Below are positions 54,092-63,564 of a DNA stretch of 64,000 bases, one piece after another. The stretch comes from Peptococcaceae bacterium BICA1-8 (lineage in GTDB: Bacteria > Bacillota > Peptococcia > Peptococcales > BICA1-8). The notes under the pieces were generated by a model that was not told the DNA's origin, did no database searches, and worked only from the letters and a program-made list of their open reading frames with translations. Within the stretch, counting starts at the first letter, position 1. Each line of letters opens with the position of its first letter. The DNA lies in assembly GCA_000802045.1 (NCBI GenBank), contig JUEF01000030.1, positions 11,767-75,766 of the forward strand. Direction: 5' to 3'. Both the position numbers and the translations under genes were made by a program.

Positions 54092-55387
54092 CTACATTCT
54101 ACAAGTTTTGATTTTTGAAATTCGTTTTTCATCAACCTCTTCTACTTTAAATAAAATCTCATCTAATTCAATAACAGGGTTTTCCCCCTCAACAGGGAAT
54201 TTTCCTAATTGGCCTATGAGATAACCGCTTAAGGTTTCATATTCCTCGGTAGGTAATTTAACCCCAATAATTTTTTCAGCTTTATCTAGACTAATTGTCC
54301 CATCAAATAAATAGGTATTTTCATCTATTTTCTCAAACTCTTTTTCTTCTTCATAATCATGTTCATCAAAAATATTCCCAACTATCTCCTCAAGCAAGTC
54401 TTCTATGGTTACAATGCCAGCAGTACCACCATACTCATCTATTACTACAGCCATATGAACTTTACTTTCTTGTAATTCTTTTAATAAGTGATTGGTCTTT
54501 TTTGATTCTGGTACAAAATGGGGTTGCCTAATTATCTTTTTTAAATCAAATTGGTTATCACAGACATTAACAAATTTAATCAAATCTTTAACATGAAGAA
54601 TTCCAATTATATTATCAATTGAAGTTTCATAAACAGGAATCCTTGTGAATTGTTTTCTACTTATAACATTAATTATTTCCGCCAAACCTAAATCTATCGA
54701 AATACTAACTATATCTGTTCTATGGGTCATAATGTCTGAAGCCACTTTATCATCAAAATCAAAAATGTTATTAATCATTTCTTTTTCAGTTTCCTGAATT
54801 GTTCCTTTTTCTTCGCCTACATCAATCATTAGAAGTATTTCTTCTTCAGTAACATACTCTTCATTAGCATTAGGATCTCCGCCCAGGGCACTAATAAAGA
54901 AATTTGTCGAAAGTGTCAATAATTTTACAAATGGTGCTGTTACATACCCTAATAAGGTTAGTGGACCAACAGAAAATCTGGATATTACCTCTGGCTTTTG
55001 CATTGCAAGCCTTTTAGGAACAAGTTCACCTAAAACCAGGGTAAAATAAGCTAGAATAAGAGTTATAAATATAACTGCAAAGGGTTTAATTACCGCGGAA
55101 GACACAGATACACCATTTATTTGAATAAAAGCTACCAGTCTGTCTGCAAAGCTTTCAGATGCAAGTGCACTGGCTAGAAATCCTGCTAAGGTGATTCCGA
55201 TCTGGATAGTTGCCAGGAACTTACTTGGTTCATTTAAAAGGTTTTTAAGAAGTTGGGCTTTTTTATCCCCCTCCTCAGCCATCACTTTTATTTTATTATC
55301 ATTTAGTGAAATCATGGCAATTTCTGAGGCAGCAAAAAAAGCGTTAAGTAAAATCAGAACCGCCAGAATAAGTAATTCAATAAGCAA
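54092..55387 (-). CDS. hemolysin-family / CNNM-type protein (DUF21 + CBS pair + CorC_HlyC)
   Basis: 431 aa. N-terminal 4-TM DUF21, two CBS motifs, C-terminal transporter-associated domain. TTG start with RBS GGAGG. Confidence 0.9.
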   Translation of the reverse strand: MLIELLILAVLILLNAFFAASEIAMISLNDNKIKVMAEEGDKKAQLLKNLLNEPSKFLATIQIGITLAGFLASALASESFADRLVAFIQINGVSVSSAVIKPFAVIFITLILAYFTLVLGELVPKRLAMQKPEVISRFSVGPLTLLGYVTAPFVKLLTLSTNFFISALGGDPNANEEYVTEEEILLMIDVGEEKGTIQETEKEMINNIFDFDDKVASDIMTHRTDIVSISIDLGLAEIINVISRKQFTRIPVYETSIDNIIGILHVKDLIKFVNVCDNQFDLKKIIRQPHFVPESKKTNHLLKELQESKVHMAVVIDEYGGTAGIVTIEDLLEEIVGNIFDEHDYEEEKEFEKIDENTYLFDGTISLDKAEKIIGVKLPTEEYETLSGYLIGQLGKFPVEGENPVIELDEILFKVEEVDEKRISKIKTCRM

Positions 55388-55740
55388 ATATATTCAACCT
55401 CCACACAGTAGATTTCAGCAAAATAAAAAGACAAAAAACCTCCATCAATCAGAAAAACTTAAAGGTTCATTGTCATATTATAAACATCTGATTTTTCTGT
55501 TTATTGCCCAATTACAAGGGTTATCGTCCATGATTAGCAAAACCACTCCAAAAAAAACATATTTTTATAAATTATATCAATAGACTGTGTAGGTGTAAAT
55601 ATACAATCGTTCAGGCTTTGAGCGGTTCAAATGTTAACCACATAAAATTTATATAAATTTATAAAACTAAGAACAACTAATATAAATAATAACTATTGCG
55701 GGCTTTCTCAATTTTAATGAAAAGATAGGGTGAGTTATAA

Positions 55741-56262
55741 ATGAAAATAACAAAGATAGTTGAACAAATCGGAAATATAGGAAAAAGGGATGACCAAAAG
55801 GAAAAGCTTATTACTATTAGTGAAGCCCATGCCATTTGGGAAACTCTTACTGCTAAGTATGATGCAATGCACTTAACAAATATTCTACTTGTTTTTACTA
55901 AAGATGATGATTTGAAGATCATACTGAAAGATGGTATCGAAGCCATTAAAAAACAAATAATTATCATGGAAAAGTTAATGAACGCCTATAATATACCACT
56001 TACCAATAAACCACCTGATAATATTAATTGCAGTAATGTTGATATTAACTTAATGACCGATGAAATGATTTTTAGAACAATCGATACAGGGATGCAAGGT
56101 CAATTGGTACTTTTAATAGATAATTTCAGACACTCTATTTCCTCCATTATCAGAGAAGCCTTTAGAACAGCAGTTACTATTGAAATGGATCTATATGATG
56201 CATTTACTGAGTATGGGAAATTAAAGGGTTATTTATTAAGAGAGCCCTCCTTTAGACCATGA
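55741..56262 (+). CDS. DUF3231-like (ferritin-like helical) protein
   Basis: 173 aa. ISEAHAIWETLTAKYD... pattern is as in DUF3231 and spore-coat-related proteins. This is a tentative call. Confidence 0.45.
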   Translation: MKITKIVEQIGNIGKRDDQKEKLITISEAHAIWETLTAKYDAMHLTNILLVFTKDDDLKIILKDGIEAIKKQIIIMEKLMNAYNIPLTNKPPDNINCSNVDINLMTDEMIFRTIDTGMQGQLVLLIDNFRHSISSIIREAFRTAVTIEMDLYDAFTEYGKLKGYLLREPSFRP

Positions 56263-56793
56263 AAAACAAAGCATCGTTTCTTTTCGCCATTGTCCTTGAC
56301 TGATAATTCTTTCCATTATAAAGACACATAGTGTTGTAATAATATTGACCGAAACTATAGTGTATAATAAGTTTCTAGTATTTTTTGCATACTTTTTTAG
56401 AAAATAATAAACAATCGGAATTTCAAAAACTAAAGTGAGGAGTAAGTAACCCAGCATAATCATATAATATGGTCCACTATCAAAAGCACTTTTCCAAGCC
56501 CAAATAAATTCTCCCGCTGTCGCCCTATGACGCAGTGCTCTTTCAAAATAAGGGAATATAAAAGACATCATATTTGCCAGGGTAACTACCGCCAATGTTT
56601 TTGACCAATTATTAATCTTGCCTAATGTCTTTATCCCAACTGTTTCAATTAAAAGGGTTATTATTACTGCATATGGCAGAATTTTTTTTGGGCTATATGT
56701 TACCCAATGCCAGGATGAGTTTGCATAGGCTACTATTGGATACGTTAAGGTAAATATGAACATAACAATGTAAATTGCTTTCCACATTCTCAT
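56236..56793 (-). CDS. membrane protein, unknown family
   Basis: 185 aa, about 5 TM. Confidence 0.45.
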   Translation of the reverse strand: MRMWKAIYIVMFIFTLTYPIVAYANSSWHWVTYSPKKILPYAVIITLLIETVGIKTLGKINNWSKTLAVVTLANMMSFIFPYFERALRHRATAGEFIWAWKSAFDSGPYYMIMLGYLLLTLVFEIPIVYYFLKKYAKNTRNLLYTIVSVNIITTLCVFIMERIISQGQWRKETMLCFSWSKGGLS

Positions 56794-56807
56794 ATTATTA
56801 GACCCCC

Positions 56808-56834
56808 AGACATAATCGGGCGGACATGGAAACC
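56808..56834. repeat. GC hairpin ending CCCCTACA (CATGGAAAC variant)
   Basis: gggcggacatggaaacccgcccctaca. Confidence 0.8.
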
Positions 56835-56906
56835 CGCCCCTACACGATTAAATCAACTAAATTTTATTGTATGAAACACGAACACATCATCCGAGGTATG
56901 CTGAAT

Positions 56907-57083
56907 TTAGTTGCCTTTCGGAAACCGAAAATGACCAATCATAGGAGAACTCCATTTTAATAAATAGTCTTCCTCACGGGGAGTTGGCCCGGCATTATGA
57001 ATAATATGAGGCACACCGTCTGCTCTGCGCTTTTCAGAAACTACAGCAATATGCCAAAGTGGTACTCCATAAATGACAATACA
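56907..57083 (-). pseudogene. C-terminal fragment of a DUF1287-like gene
   Basis: Frame reads ...YGVPLWHIAVVSEKRRADGVPHIIHNAGPTPREEDYLLKWSSPMIGHFRFPKGN* with stops just upstream and no start codon. Confidence 0.45.
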
Positions 57084-57116
57084 GAACTACTTTTTTCATA
57101 AAGCACCTCATAAATG

Positions 57117-57473
57117 TTAGATATTTCCTACTACCCACTTTATTAGTTCAATTAAAAATTGAATAATTACTCCTGCGAAAAAAACAAAAGTAAGCCTACG
57201 ATACCAGTACAGCCACTTAATGACTTCTCTCTCATTCTCTGCCCACTGAGGGGTTTTGAATAACCATTTTATAGCTAAACTGTTTCGGGCATATGAACCA
57301 TAAAGTACACTTGCCTTATCGGGAACCCAAAGGATACCTATAGGTTTTTTGTCTTCCTCCCAAATCTCTCTATGATTTTCATATTCAAAACGCAAGATTT
57401 TATCAAATATAATAAAACCTATCAATAATAATAAAATTAGGACTGCAAAATATATTGCAAACAAGTCAATCAC
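57117..57473 (-). CDS. small membrane protein
   Basis: 118 aa, 2-3 TM. Confidence 0.4.
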   Translation of the reverse strand: MIDLFAIYFAVLILLLLIGFIIFDKILRFEYENHREIWEEDKKPIGILWVPDKASVLYGSYARNSLAIKWLFKTPQWAENEREVIKWLYWYRRLTFVFFAGVIIQFLIELIKWVVGNI

Positions 57474-57679
57474 CTCTTTTTCATATTTTCTCTTTTTATA
57501 ATAATGTCCTATACCAATCCGCTATAGAAGTAGCTAGTATTAATTTTCGTGCAAAATTAAGTAATTTCCTTTATTAATCTATACCAAAATGCAAATTTCA
57601 TAAAACAACCCCATAGGGTAGACTTTTTTATATTGTCTACTCTATAGGGTATTTTAACACCTTCTGGGGTTTTAATAAC

Positions 57680-58747
57680 CTAATTATAAATGATTAATTC
57701 TTTGTTATCCTTAATAATCAAACCCTCATCTAGCTTGTCCTTCTCACTTTCCGGTATACTTATTGTACTGGGATCACCATCACTAATATATCTTTTTTCC
57801 GGGTTATTATCAAAGTAGTTCAACCACTTATCAAACTCTTCCTGGAAAACTTGAATCCTCGGTAGCTTAGTGGGGTCATAGCCTTTAGCAGCAGGTGATT
57901 TAATAGGACCAGAACCTACTAATAGAATAGCTTTATTGTGGTATTTTGTTCCATCATACTCTCCGCTAACAGCCCAGTTAACCTCTTTAGGGTTAATCCC
58001 ATGGGGTAAAGCAAGGGTATCTAGTTCGTAGCCTGGAACAACCTCTTGAACCATTTTTACCATTCTAGCCAGTTCTTCTGCTACCTTTTCTTGAGAAAGG
58101 GTGCTAAGCTTTTCATGGTTTACCGTATGGTTACCCAGATCCATGCCTAAAGCAACCACTTCCTTTAGCTTATCCTGCCAGGAATCCTTTTGCCGAAAAG
58201 GTGTGTAATAGTTGATATAAAAGGTCGCTTCTAAACCAAAATCCGGATGTTCCTCAGCAAAAGCTTTTAATACTCCGACTGCAGAATTTGGATCAATGAT
58301 TCTTTTGCCATCCTGCTCTATGTACCTAAAATGTCCTTCTGTACCATCATCGAAGGTTAGAACAACAGGGGTATAGCCTGCTTCTACCTGAATATTATTT
58401 GTAACCACATCCCTGAGACTCACTAACCTGTAACCCTTTTCATATAGTACTTCTAAATCTTTACGAAAATTGGTATAGGTTCGGGCCCACCGACCTTCTT
58501 GTTCACCAATGGTATGCCACTCTAAAATCATAATCTGTCCTGCTTCATTAGCTTTGACTAAAACTGGGTCTATCTTCGTTTCCTCAGGTTCAGGTTCTAT
58601 TACGGGTGCTGGGTTCGGCTCTTCCTTTATTGAGATATTTGGTTCTTTTTCACCAGGATTTTGAACCTGCTTAGTACTGCAGCCTGTAAGAATGAGGGCA
58701 AAAACTAGAATTACTACTAAAATTATGTACCGCGTTTTTAACTTCAA
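57680..58747 (-). CDS. polysaccharide deacetylase family lipoprotein
   Basis: TFDDG and NHTVNH NodB motifs. LTGC lipobox. Start reset to TTG (MKLKTRY, RBS AAGGAGG), because the listed MRAPT N-terminus is encoded by a repeat. Confidence 0.8.
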   Translation of the reverse strand: MKLKTRYIILVVILVFALILTGCSTKQVQNPGEKEPNISIKEEPNPAPVIEPEPEETKIDPVLVKANEAGQIMILEWHTIGEQEGRWARTYTNFRKDLEVLYEKGYRLVSLRDVVTNNIQVEAGYTPVVLTFDDGTEGHFRYIEQDGKRIIDPNSAVGVLKAFAEEHPDFGLEATFYINYYTPFRQKDSWQDKLKEVVALGMDLGNHTVNHEKLSTLSQEKVAEELARMVKMVQEVVPGYELDTLALPHGINPKEVNWAVSGEYDGTKYHNKAILLVGSGPIKSPAAKGYDPTKLPRIQVFQEEFDKWLNYFDNNPEKRYISDGDPSTISIPESEKDKLDEGLIIKDNKELIIYN

Positions 58748-58766
58748 CTGTTTGTCCTCCTTTATT

Positions 58767-58788
58767 GTAGGGGCGCGCAATGCGCGTC
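58767..58788. repeat. GC hairpin family, inverted orientation
   Basis: tgtaggggcgcgcaatgcgcgtc. Confidence 0.8.
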
Positions 58789-58994
58789 TTTACTATATGT
58801 ATTCTATCACCTTGAACTGACACTCTTCTACATATTTATATTGTTAGTTATTTACAAATAAATTTCTTATCTGTACGTAAGACACTGTATGTTCGTGACA
58901 TCATGTCAACCGTTCGCCGAAAAGCCAATAAAAATTAAAACTACGAGTTTTAATTTCTTACTTCCGACCTCCGATCTCCAACCTCTAACCTCTA

Positions 58995-59555
58995 TTAGTA
59001 TCCTACTCTCCGCTTATCTAAGGTGGCTACTATGGCCGAAATAACTCGATATAGCTCTTCCTTTTCTTGAACGACAGATTGTAGATTCTTTCTGCATTCT
59101 CTACCAATTATTTCCCCATGGGCAATGGAAAGATTAACACTAGTTACCCCTTGCAAACAGTCAAGGACAGTATCGTCGTAAAAAGTTACTTGGGCCTTGG
59201 TATTATCTCCTGGGATACAATTTTTTATCTTATTATGGACTATATAACCGTTAGCACCCTCATCCTTGGCAAAAGGCTCCCTAATTTTTATGGACAGAAG
59301 TATTAATTCAGGATGAAAGGCTAAGGGTGCAGCAACTTTCTTACCAATTAAAACGCCATATTTGCGTTTTAATTGGGCTATGTCAACAGCAAAAACTTTA
59401 GCTAAATTTTTCAAAACCGTTTTAGTTTTATAAGGTATTACTATTTTTTCTCCACCAACTAACCAAACCTCAGTACTATTTCCGCCCAGTTGCTCGTAAA
59501 TAGGTATTAAACAATTTATGTCTTGCCATTTCAACTCAAAGTTAAAATTAGCCAT
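58995..59555 (-). CDS. ComK-like protein (tentative)
   Basis: Start at MANFNF (RBS GAGGAGG). Its layout (K..AAPLAF.PELILL..K.R.P......GYI....I) parallels the ComK family. Weak call. Confidence 0.4.
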   Translation of the reverse strand: MANFNFELKWQDINCLIPIYEQLGGNSTEVWLVGGEKIVIPYKTKTVLKNLAKVFAVDIAQLKRKYGVLIGKKVAAPLAFHPELILLSIKIREPFAKDEGANGYIVHNKIKNCIPGDNTKAQVTFYDDTVLDCLQGVTSVNLSIAHGEIIGRECRKNLQSVVQEKEELYRVISAIVATLDKRRVGY

Positions 59556-59619
59556 TAACAGACCTCCTCTCATAAGAAGAAAAATTATAACCTTTGGCGA
59601 AGGCTTAGTGTAATTTTAT

Positions 59620-59633
59620 CGAACGTACGTTCG
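59620..59633. promoter_or_regulatory. LexA (Cheo) box CGAACGTACGTTCG
   Basis: Perfect match to the Firmicute SOS-box consensus CGAAC-N4-GTTCG. It sits just upstream of a TTACAC-18-TATAAT promoter for the ComK-like gene. Confidence 0.55.
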
Positions 59634-59645
59634 GTTGTCAACTGA

Positions 59646-59670
59646 CAAAAAACCTGCGCTGCAGGTTTTT
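59646..59670 (-). terminator. rho-independent terminator after the amidase gene (bidirectional shape)
   Basis: aaaaaACCTGCgctGCAGGTtttt. Confidence 0.65.
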
Positions 59671-59730
59671 GAGGTTAAGGTTTCGCTACGCTAGGTTAAG
59701 GTTAAGAAAAAACTGCTTTTTATGGAGTGA

Positions 59731-60180
59731 TTATCCTGAATTTAATAGTTTTAAGAATACTTCTTTAGGAAAGAAGCGGCCAGGACATAAGGTGCTACTT
59801 CCTGGGACCTGATTATGAAGCTCTATTTTTCCTGTTTGAATATTATATTCTTGTCTTAGCTTCTTAACTAGCTTTACTGCCGCAGATAACTGTTCCGGTG
59901 ATGTAGTATCGTATTGAAAATTACCTACTAAACAGATGCCGATAGCGGTAAAATTCCTTCGCCCTGCCTGAGCATAGGCTCCTATTTTATCTAAGGGGCG
60001 TCCTAGCTCAATGCTACCGTCTGCTAAAACCAGATAGTGGTAACCGATATCACTCCAACCCCGTTCTTGAACATGCCATCTTCTTACAACTTCTGAATCA
60101 ATTGGCTGCCACTTATCCCCCTGCCAAAAGCCCCTCGGGCTAGCAGAATGATGAATCACAATACCCTGCCACTTAACCAT
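59731..60180 (-). CDS. N-acetylmuramoyl-L-alanine amidase (Amidase_2/PGRP type)
   Basis: GIVIHHSA...IGYHYLV...CPG pattern. 149 aa. Confidence 0.85.
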   Translation of the reverse strand: MVKWQGIVIHHSASPRGFWQGDKWQPIDSEVVRRWHVQERGWSDIGYHYLVLADGSIELGRPLDKIGAYAQAGRRNFTAIGICLVGNFQYDTTSPEQLSAAVKLVKKLRQEYNIQTGKIELHNQVPGSSTLCPGRFFPKEVFLKLLNSG

Positions 60181-60334
60181 TATATCGAGCCTCCTTTAAA
60201 CCTTCTATTACTTTAGCCAATTCCGTAATAGAATAGGCTAAGCTGTCCAACTTATTCTCAACCCTAACCAATAGATAGATGCTTATAACCATAGGAAACC
60301 CATAATTACTCACTTGCTGAAGTAGATTATCCAT
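60173..60334 (-). CDS. YvrJ family small membrane protein (53 aa, absent from the ORF track)
   Basis: MDNLLQQVSNYGFPMVISIYLLVRVENKLDSLAYSITELAKVIEG matches the YvrJ pattern. Its ATG overlaps the upstream stop (TAATG), and its stop overlaps the amidase start. Confidence 0.6.
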   Translation of the reverse strand: MDNLLQQVSNYGFPMVISIYLLVRVENKLDSLAYSITELAKVIEGLKEARYNG

Positions 60335-60555
60335 TACTCCTCACCCCCTTTAAAATTCCATTCCTCGATAACCCGCTGCTCACCCTCAATTATTCTTAAG
60401 ATTGCCTCCAGACAAGGGCTGCAAAGTAATAAATCACCCACTACCTGACTTTGCTGCCAGATTACTAACCGTTTTTCCACCTTTTCTAAGCGATCACATA
60501 AATTGCATTTATACCGTTTGGCAATATTATAGGGCTGTATTTCTACTTTGTTCAT
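60334..60555 (-). CDS. small zinc-ribbon-like protein
   Basis: 73 aa with CNLC ... CSPC cysteine pairs. Confidence 0.4.
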   Translation of the reverse strand: MNKVEIQPYNIAKRYKCNLCDRLEKVEKRLVIWQQSQVVGDLLLCSPCLEAILRIIEGEQRVIEEWNFKGGEE

Positions 60556-60656
60556 TTATAAAAAACTCCTCTAACGCTTATTTTGCTTATTCTTGGGCGA
60601 GTGAGTGGTGCTGGTAAAGAGTCTATAGTCTATCGCCCATTCTTATTTTTTTTTGT

Positions 60657-60780
60657 AAGGCAGTTCAAAAACGAGTATAGCTAGGCGTATTTAATGACCG
60701 AAACCGGAGTCGTATATGTAATACGTCGAGGATTTCGGTCATTAAAACAACGACGCTAGACGAAGTTTTTCAACTGCCTT
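60657..60780. repeat. ~125-nt long-hairpin element, copy C
   Basis: Same boxes as copies A and B, with unique self-complementary stems. It ends 9 nt from the stop codon at 60790. Confidence 0.75.
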
Positions 60781-60789
60781 ATTCTACAT

Positions 60790-61011
60790 CTAGCTAACTA
60801 GTTCGGTAACCTGTCTTGCTACAATTCTAGCCCCAATGACCGAGACAAGATCACCGCCGGTCGAATTGATAATATTTGCAGTGATAATGTCGTTCATAGC
60901 TGTTCCAACATCTACAGCAGTTAGATCCTCTCTAGGGTCTAGAATACTTATGGTCACACGACCGTTGGCTGCATTAGCAAATATCATCTGCAGGGTTTTA
61001 GTTTCTTCCAT
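60790..61011 (-). CDS. DUF2922 family protein
   Basis: 73 aa. The pattern TLQMIFANAANGRVTISILDPREDLT is typical of DUF2922, and it is adjacent to DUF1659. Confidence 0.6.
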   Translation of the reverse strand: MEETKTLQMIFANAANGRVTISILDPREDLTAVDVGTAMNDIITANIINSTGGDLVSVIGARIVARQVTELVS

Positions 61012-61049
61012 TATTAAATCACACCTCCTCTCCTGCTATTTTTCATAAC

Positions 61050-61283
61050 CTACATATCTTCTAAACTTACTTCATTGACCCTATTTACTTCAAACAGTGG
61101 ATGCTGCTGCAAGCCTGCAAGAGTAACAGAAAACTGGTAAACATTTTCATCAGACGCACTGGCTTTAACCCTATTATAACTACGGGTTTTTAAAACCGGA
61201 TTGCCCTGACCATCAACACCTGTTTGCACAATAACTTGCAGCCTAGAGCCTAAAGCGGTAGAGACTATTGCCATTTTTTTCAC
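61050..61283 (-). CDS. DUF1659 family protein
   Basis: 77 aa. The pattern GSRLQVIVQTGVDGQGNPVLKTRSYNRVK is typical of DUF1659. Confidence 0.6.
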   Translation of the reverse strand: MKKMAIVSTALGSRLQVIVQTGVDGQGNPVLKTRSYNRVKASASDENVYQFSVTLAGLQQHPLFEVNRVNEVSLEDM

Positions 61284-61508
61284 CTCCTCTATTCTTGACT
61301 TGTTTTAATTCTAATTGAGAAAGATAAAACAATACAAAGTCGTATTGACTACAAAACCTGTATGATTTACAACAAATCTTGCAAATTTTTAGTTTAAATA
61401 CTTAAAAAAAAGTGATAAAATATAGAAATATTAAATAAAACCTATAATCTACAGGGGAAATTGTTTTAATAGAGAATCTTTAATGAAATTCTTAATGGAG
61501 GGATATAT

Positions 61509-61934
61509 ATGGAGGCAAAAGTAATATGGAAAGATAAGGTATGCTTTGAAGCAAATGTGGGATCAGGCCATCAAGTTATCATGGATGGTTCAGCTGATAT
61601 TGGTGGTGAGAATAAAGGAGCAAGACCCACCGAGCTTTTACTTAGTGGCGTTGGTGGTTGCTCAGGTATAGATATGGTAAACATCTTAAATAAAATGCGC
61701 CAAGAAATAACCAATCTGACAATTCATGTCAACGGAAAAAGAGCAGAAGATTATCCGAGAAGATTTACCAATATTAACATTCATTTTGAGCTAGAAGGGG
61801 CAAATCTTGACCCTGAAAAAGTAAAAAGAGCCGCACAAATGTCTATGGAGAAATACTGCTCAGTATCCCTCTCTCTAAATGCAGAAATTACCTATACATG
61901 TGAAGTGAATGGAATATTTATCTCTACTCAATAG
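61509..61934 (+). CDS. OsmC family peroxiredoxin-like protein
   Basis: 141 aa. GARPTELLL..VGGCSGIDM and EKYCSVS motifs. Confidence 0.85.
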   Translation: MEAKVIWKDKVCFEANVGSGHQVIMDGSADIGGENKGARPTELLLSGVGGCSGIDMVNILNKMRQEITNLTIHVNGKRAEDYPRRFTNINIHFELEGANLDPEKVKRAAQMSMEKYCSVSLSLNAEITYTCEVNGIFISTQ

Positions 61935-61995
61935 TAATATGCTTTATTTTTCAGAAAACTTGTATGACACAAAAAAAATCAGGAGGCATGTTGAA

Positions 61996-62856
61996 ATGGA
62001 AGGTTTGGGTTTAGTAGACGGTAAATTTGTTGGTTTGGATGAATATGTTGTACCCATCGAAGATAGAGGTCACCTGTTTGGTGATGGGGTTTATGAAGCG
62101 GTAGTTGTCTGGGGTAGCAAACCTTTTATGGTAGTGGAACATATGGAAAGAATGTTTAATAGTGCTGCTTTAATTAGAATGGACCTTCCATATACTTTAG
62201 AAGAACTGATTAAATTTCACCTGCAATTGATTGAAAAAACGGGTTTTGAAGAAGCCTTAATATATTCCCAATTTACTAGAGGAGTTGCTCCCCGCAAGCA
62301 TCCCTTTCCTTTAGAAGTTAAGCCCCGTTTGTCTATGACTATCCGCCCTTGGGTTAGATTAGACTCTAATTTAAAAATTAACGGAGCCAAAGCCGTTCTT
62401 TTACCTGATGAGCGTTGGTTAAAATGCAATATTAAATCTCTTAATTTATTAGGAAATGTGCTAGCTAAACAGACGGCCACTGAAAATGGCTGTTTTGAAG
62501 CAATTTTGCATAGGGACGGATACGTCACTGAAGGTTCTAGTTCCAATGTCTTTGTGGTGAAGGATAGTGTAATCTATACAGCACCAACTAGTAACAAAAT
62601 TTTAGCGGGAATTACAAGAGGTGTCATTCTCAAACTTGCACAAGAGAATAATCTTATTTTGAAGGAAGAAACCTTTTCTCCTGACTTTCTGTTAGCTGCT
62701 GATGAGGTGTTTTTGACTGGCACTACTACAGAAATCATGCCTATAGTCTCCGTAAATAACCAAGCTATAGGTGATGGCAGAGTAGGCACTATTTCTAAGA
62801 TCCTGCATGAAGTTTATATGAATATAATAGCTAGAGAATGCCATTTATTACCGTAG
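61996..62856 (+). CDS. dat: D-amino-acid (class IV) aminotransferase
   Basis: Start at MEGLGLV (RBS AGGAGG). EDRGHLFGDGVYE, IKSLNLLGNVLAKQ and ITEGSSSNVF motifs of fold-type IV. Confidence 0.8.
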   Translation: MEGLGLVDGKFVGLDEYVVPIEDRGHLFGDGVYEAVVVWGSKPFMVVEHMERMFNSAALIRMDLPYTLEELIKFHLQLIEKTGFEEALIYSQFTRGVAPRKHPFPLEVKPRLSMTIRPWVRLDSNLKINGAKAVLLPDERWLKCNIKSLNLLGNVLAKQTATENGCFEAILHRDGYVTEGSSSNVFVVKDSVIYTAPTSNKILAGITRGVILKLAQENNLILKEETFSPDFLLAADEVFLTGTTTEIMPIVSVNNQAIGDGRVGTISKILHEVYMNIIARECHLLP

Positions 62857-62910
62857 GATTATTACAATGTAAGTTATGCTACTATGACTTCCAGCTGCTT
62901 AAAACAAAAA

Positions 62911-62939
62911 ACTGAACACTTTGAAGTGCTCAGTTTTTT
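62911..62939. terminator. bidirectional terminator
   Basis: aaaaaACTGAaCACTTtgAAGTGcTCAGTtttttt between convergent genes. Confidence 0.65.
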
Positions 62940-63354
62940 ACTTTTCAGCTCTAGTATATTTATAGATAGCTACAGCCAGCATCACAAAAGTAATCCCATA
63001 GGCCAAAATTAGCCCCTCAATATAATTGAAAATATTAATAACTATAAGAATATAAGCAAAACTCCTGCCTAAATTGGATAATAGGTCATATCTGGCAGTA
63101 TCGACACCTAGGCTTTTAAATTCTGCCCTAACCATTTTCCCCATATTGCTGGTCTCTAATGGAATGGAGCCTGCACTTAGAAAAAGTAAAAATCCAAATG
63201 ACCAAGCATAGGACAGATTGCCCAATTGATAGTTTTTCACTGCCATAACTAATTCCAAAGCTGCAGCAAGCATATAGCTAAATAGTAGCAATTTAGATAC
63301 TCCCCTTTTATCTCTCTGTTGACAATTATCTATATTAAATTCGGTAAAAAACAA
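62938..63354 (-). CDS. 4-TM membrane protein
   Basis: 138 aa, hydrophobic. Confidence 0.45.
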   Translation of the reverse strand: MFFTEFNIDNCQQRDKRGVSKLLLFSYMLAAALELVMAVKNYQLGNLSYAWSFGFLLFLSAGSIPLETSNMGKMVRAEFKSLGVDTARYDLLSNLGRSFAYILIVINIFNYIEGLILAYGITFVMLAVAIYKYTRAEK

Positions 63355-63458
63355 CTATTTCCTGCTTTCTAAAGGAAAATGCCTGACGGCGAGTTTTCGC
63401 GTTCTCTTTTGGGTCAATTATAAATGTCTAGTGGGTGAGAAAATAATAATTGAGGCTG

Positions 63459-63524
63459 AGGTTGAGGCTAAGAAAAAACTTAACCTTAACCTAGTGAGCC
63501 GTAAGGGAAACGAAACCTCAACCT
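63459..63524. repeat. hairpin repeat (AGGTTGAGG...CCTCAACCT) of the AACCTTAACC family
   Basis: 9-bp stem enclosing cttaaccttaacctagtgagccgtaagggaaacgaaa. Confidence 0.6.
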
Positions 63525-63540
63525 AATTTCACTAGCCACT

Positions 63541-63564
63541 CAAAACGGGCCTAAGCCCGTTTTG
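63541..63564 (-). terminator. probable terminator
   Basis: AAACGGGCctaaGCCCGTTT with short T/A runs, directly after the stop at 63565. Confidence 0.5.
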
